A stretch of DNA of 64,000 nucleotides from Protoeuglena noctilucae (lineage: Eukaryota). The stretch lies in the NCBI GenBank assembly GCA_958009085.1, contig OY253689.1:248001-312000 (forward strand). The letters are read 5' to 3'. How positions within the stretch are numbered: position 1 is the first letter of the stretch; each line of letters begins with the position of its first letter. Under the pieces are notes generated by a model. That model was not told the origin of the DNA. It made no database searches and was given only the letters and a program-made list of their open reading frames with translations. Shown here piece after piece: positions 61,344 to 64,000 of the stretch. The translations under genes and the position numbers were made by a program.

Positions 61344-63876
61344 ATGTCGGTCATCGACGGAACGCGGCGTGAACCCCGAGCCCATGGGCCCGGTCGAGGC
61401 CGCATCGACGGCGGTGGCGGTGCATGGCGGGTGGCATCCGACAGGCGCGTCTTGCGCGGGTTGCGCGCCCATCCTGTGACCGCGATGGCAGCTGAAAGAG
61501 TACTGCTTTGCATACAAACACCCATGACTCGGGCCGACCCAGCCGCGCGCTCGGAGGGGGGCGGCTGCACCGAGACGTGGATCGCAGGCGGGCCCGAGGG
61601 GCGCCCCGACGGGCGAATCCAGCAACTGACGATCGAAAGTAGCTTGAAAGACGCATCGCGACGAAGAAACACAGGCATAGTGGGGTATTGAGCGCTGCGG
61701 AACCGCTCGTCTGGGGGCAAGCTCATGCGAGACGCAACGCGGCGCTCGAGGCGCGCCGGCGCAAGCCAGTGATCCCGGGGTGTTACTGAAGGACTCAAGA
61801 GTTGCACAGACACCGTAGCTTTCCCCATCGTGTCCCCGAGAGGCGCGGGGACGCGCCTGCAATTCCAGGCACCGACGGTGCGGCGATGGAGATCCTGAAG
61901 GACGCGGAGTGCAACGTGACGTGCAAGCGACTTGTTGGGCGAAGGGCTGAGCCACTAGTGCATTCCGAAACCTGGGAACAGGCTGGCGTTCCCTGACGCC
62001 CGTGTCGGGCGCCAGCGCGCGCCGTTTCCGGCGCGCAAAGTCCCAGCCGCACCCTCCAGACGACGCACAATCTGCTTCTGCAGGTGTGGCTCGAGCACCA
62101 TGTAGTTTCCAACGCGTTTCCCGCCCTCTGGGGCAGGCGCTGTGTTCAAACGCAGCTCGAGTCTCCCGGCCCCGGGCCTGTGAGACGATGGGATCCGACG
62201 GCTCCCAGTGCAACATGCTTCTTTACGCGTCGCGTAGCGGGCGCCAACCCACCTCAGGGCGGCCGCGTCGCGCTGCTTGGGCAGGGTGCCCTTCTGGACG
62301 CTCACGGAAGCCGTTCACGGCGTTCGCGAGGTATGTCGCCGCCCCCAAGCTACGGATTAGTTCCATTCTTTGCAAAATGCGCCATCCGCGAGGTCCCGGA
62401 GCTGACGGTGCGCCACATCGCCGCGAGGGACGTTAGGCTCTGGACATCGGCCTGCCGGGGCCACGATGGCCGCTCTTGTCCCTCCAAATGAGTTTCAAAT
62501 GCATTGTCCCGATGCTCTGCGCTGTAACCCTGCACAATCAGCCGCTATCTCGCAGCTGCTGGTTGGGCTGGCCTGGCTCGCAGCATACCCTGCTGATTGC
62601 GGCCACGATGCGCTCAGGCCCCGCGCCACACCCGCCGGAGACGAGGTCTTATGTCCACTCAATGCTGTGTCGCCTGTCGTGTTAGAGCCTCAGGTGAGGG
62701 CGCCTGTGTTGGCCTATGGCCGTGGCTGCAGTGGCGTTTTTGTGCCGTCGTGGCGCATGCTGTGTGTGCTCTGGTGGCACGCCATGGGCCTTGCGTCATG
62801 GCCCACCGTCAGCCGGCCGGCTCAGGATCAGCCCAGCACTGTGCCGGTCGAGTGTCGGTCACGCGCTCTTGGCGCAGGACACCTGTCATGCTGTGAGCTC
62901 CATTCTCAGAGACCGTCTCGTTGCTCGTTGCATCCAGGGCTGAGCAGAGGTGGCGGCACATGTGTAGCCGACCTGCTGTGTGCGGGCCTCAGAGACGGCG
63001 CTCCCCGCTGCTGTAAAGCGTGCGAGAGGTGAGTCTGGGGCCTGCAATTGGTCGCATAGGACGCCTTCGTCCCTCTTTCTACAGCGAATGTCGAGACCAG
63101 ACGCTGCCCTTTGCGCTTGACGTGTGGGGCACACCTGCTGTCATGCGCCTGTGCAGCTGCGCCATGGCAGGTGGCGGAAGGGAGACCCTGACATGTTGCT
63201 CGACGGCGCGCCCTTTGCTTCCCGGTACATGGATAGCGGCTGCCTTTCACATGCTCCTGGTCTTTTCACGAGGCAAGCGGCCGTGGTGGTGTGACCGCTC
63301 CTCGTGCTCGGTGCGTCTGCAGGCCGGCAGTTGCCGGAGGCCGAGCCTTGGCTGCGTGTCATCTCGGCTGTCTTCATTCCGCACCCTTCCACACCATGCT
63401 TACTCGGTGAGCGCGGCCCACGCGCCTGCGCTAGCGTATCGCTCACCTGCGCCATCGTATGCGACGTAAGGAGGCTGCCCCAGTGGTGTGTGGCAGCGGC
63501 CAAGCTGCGGCGGTTGGCAAGCGTGGTCCTCCGTGCTCTTTCAGAGTAGCTGCCTTCAGCACGCATCCATCTGTGCCTGGCCATGCCTTGCCATGCATTG
63601 TCGGAGGCTTGGGCACCTGACGCCACTGAGATGTACCGACAGACCCGCTGCCGGCATGGCCCTCAGCCAAGGTGCTCTACCTTGATGCCCGCAGAGCAAT
63701 GGGACAGGCGCGCGCTTGGTAGTGGCTGCGAGGTGAGCGGGGGTCATGAGCGGTGCGTCGGTGGTGTTGTAGCTGCAGGGGAGGGCGCTCGGTTTCCCGC
63801 CATCACTGCGCTGCTTTGCACGACACCTTGTGCCTCGCAGGAGTTAGGGCTGCGTGCTTGGTGCTGGCTGCAGTAG
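61344..63876 (+). CDS. Possible hypothetical multi-exon gene
   Basis: Several CAG|...|GT/GC exon-like blocks (VWLEHHVVSNAFPALWG, RCLGRVPFWTLTEAVHGVRE, PFALDVWGTPAVMRLC, EAEPWLRVISAVF). No family recognised; boundaries are poorly defined. Confidence 0.3.
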
Positions 63877-64000
63877 GTGTACGCGCGGCTGCTGCTGCTG
63901 CCTGACGTGTGCGAGGTGTGCTGATGGGTCGGCGTTTGTGGGCTGAGCTGGACTTGGTATGAGAGATGGGCTGGTGGGGATGTTGAGTGTGTTGTCGCCA

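Overview
GC-rich, intron-containing eukaryotic nuclear DNA, most consistent with a green alga (LCIB-family gene, nuclear-encoded plastid L34, ESV1/LESV-family gene, TGTAA poly(A) signal). About 19 closely packed spliced genes can be reconstructed by hand: FAd-like mitochondrial ATP synthase subunit, a conserved plant-type unknown protein, LCIB-like protein, small Tat-type lumen protein, SDP1-like patatin lipase, SEC24, plastid RPL34, VPS22/SNF8, PH-domain protein, SEC-type O-GlcNAc transferase, divergent ALG6/8-like membrane protein, LESV-like protein, Nit1-like nitrilase, F-box/LRR protein, a beta-helix/TM/EGF/WD40 chimera, a large RING protein and several hypotheticals. There is one 200-N assembly gap. 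Four features stand out: (1) an in-frame TAG directly after the TM helix of the chimeric gene, with frame and splicing intact downstream; (2) repeated 'echo' duplications of exon-intron junctions inside long introns; (3) G-rich 5' / C-rich 3' polarity in those introns; (4) an unusually high frequency of GC-AG introns. All gene models and family calls come from manual reading and motif recall, not database searches.
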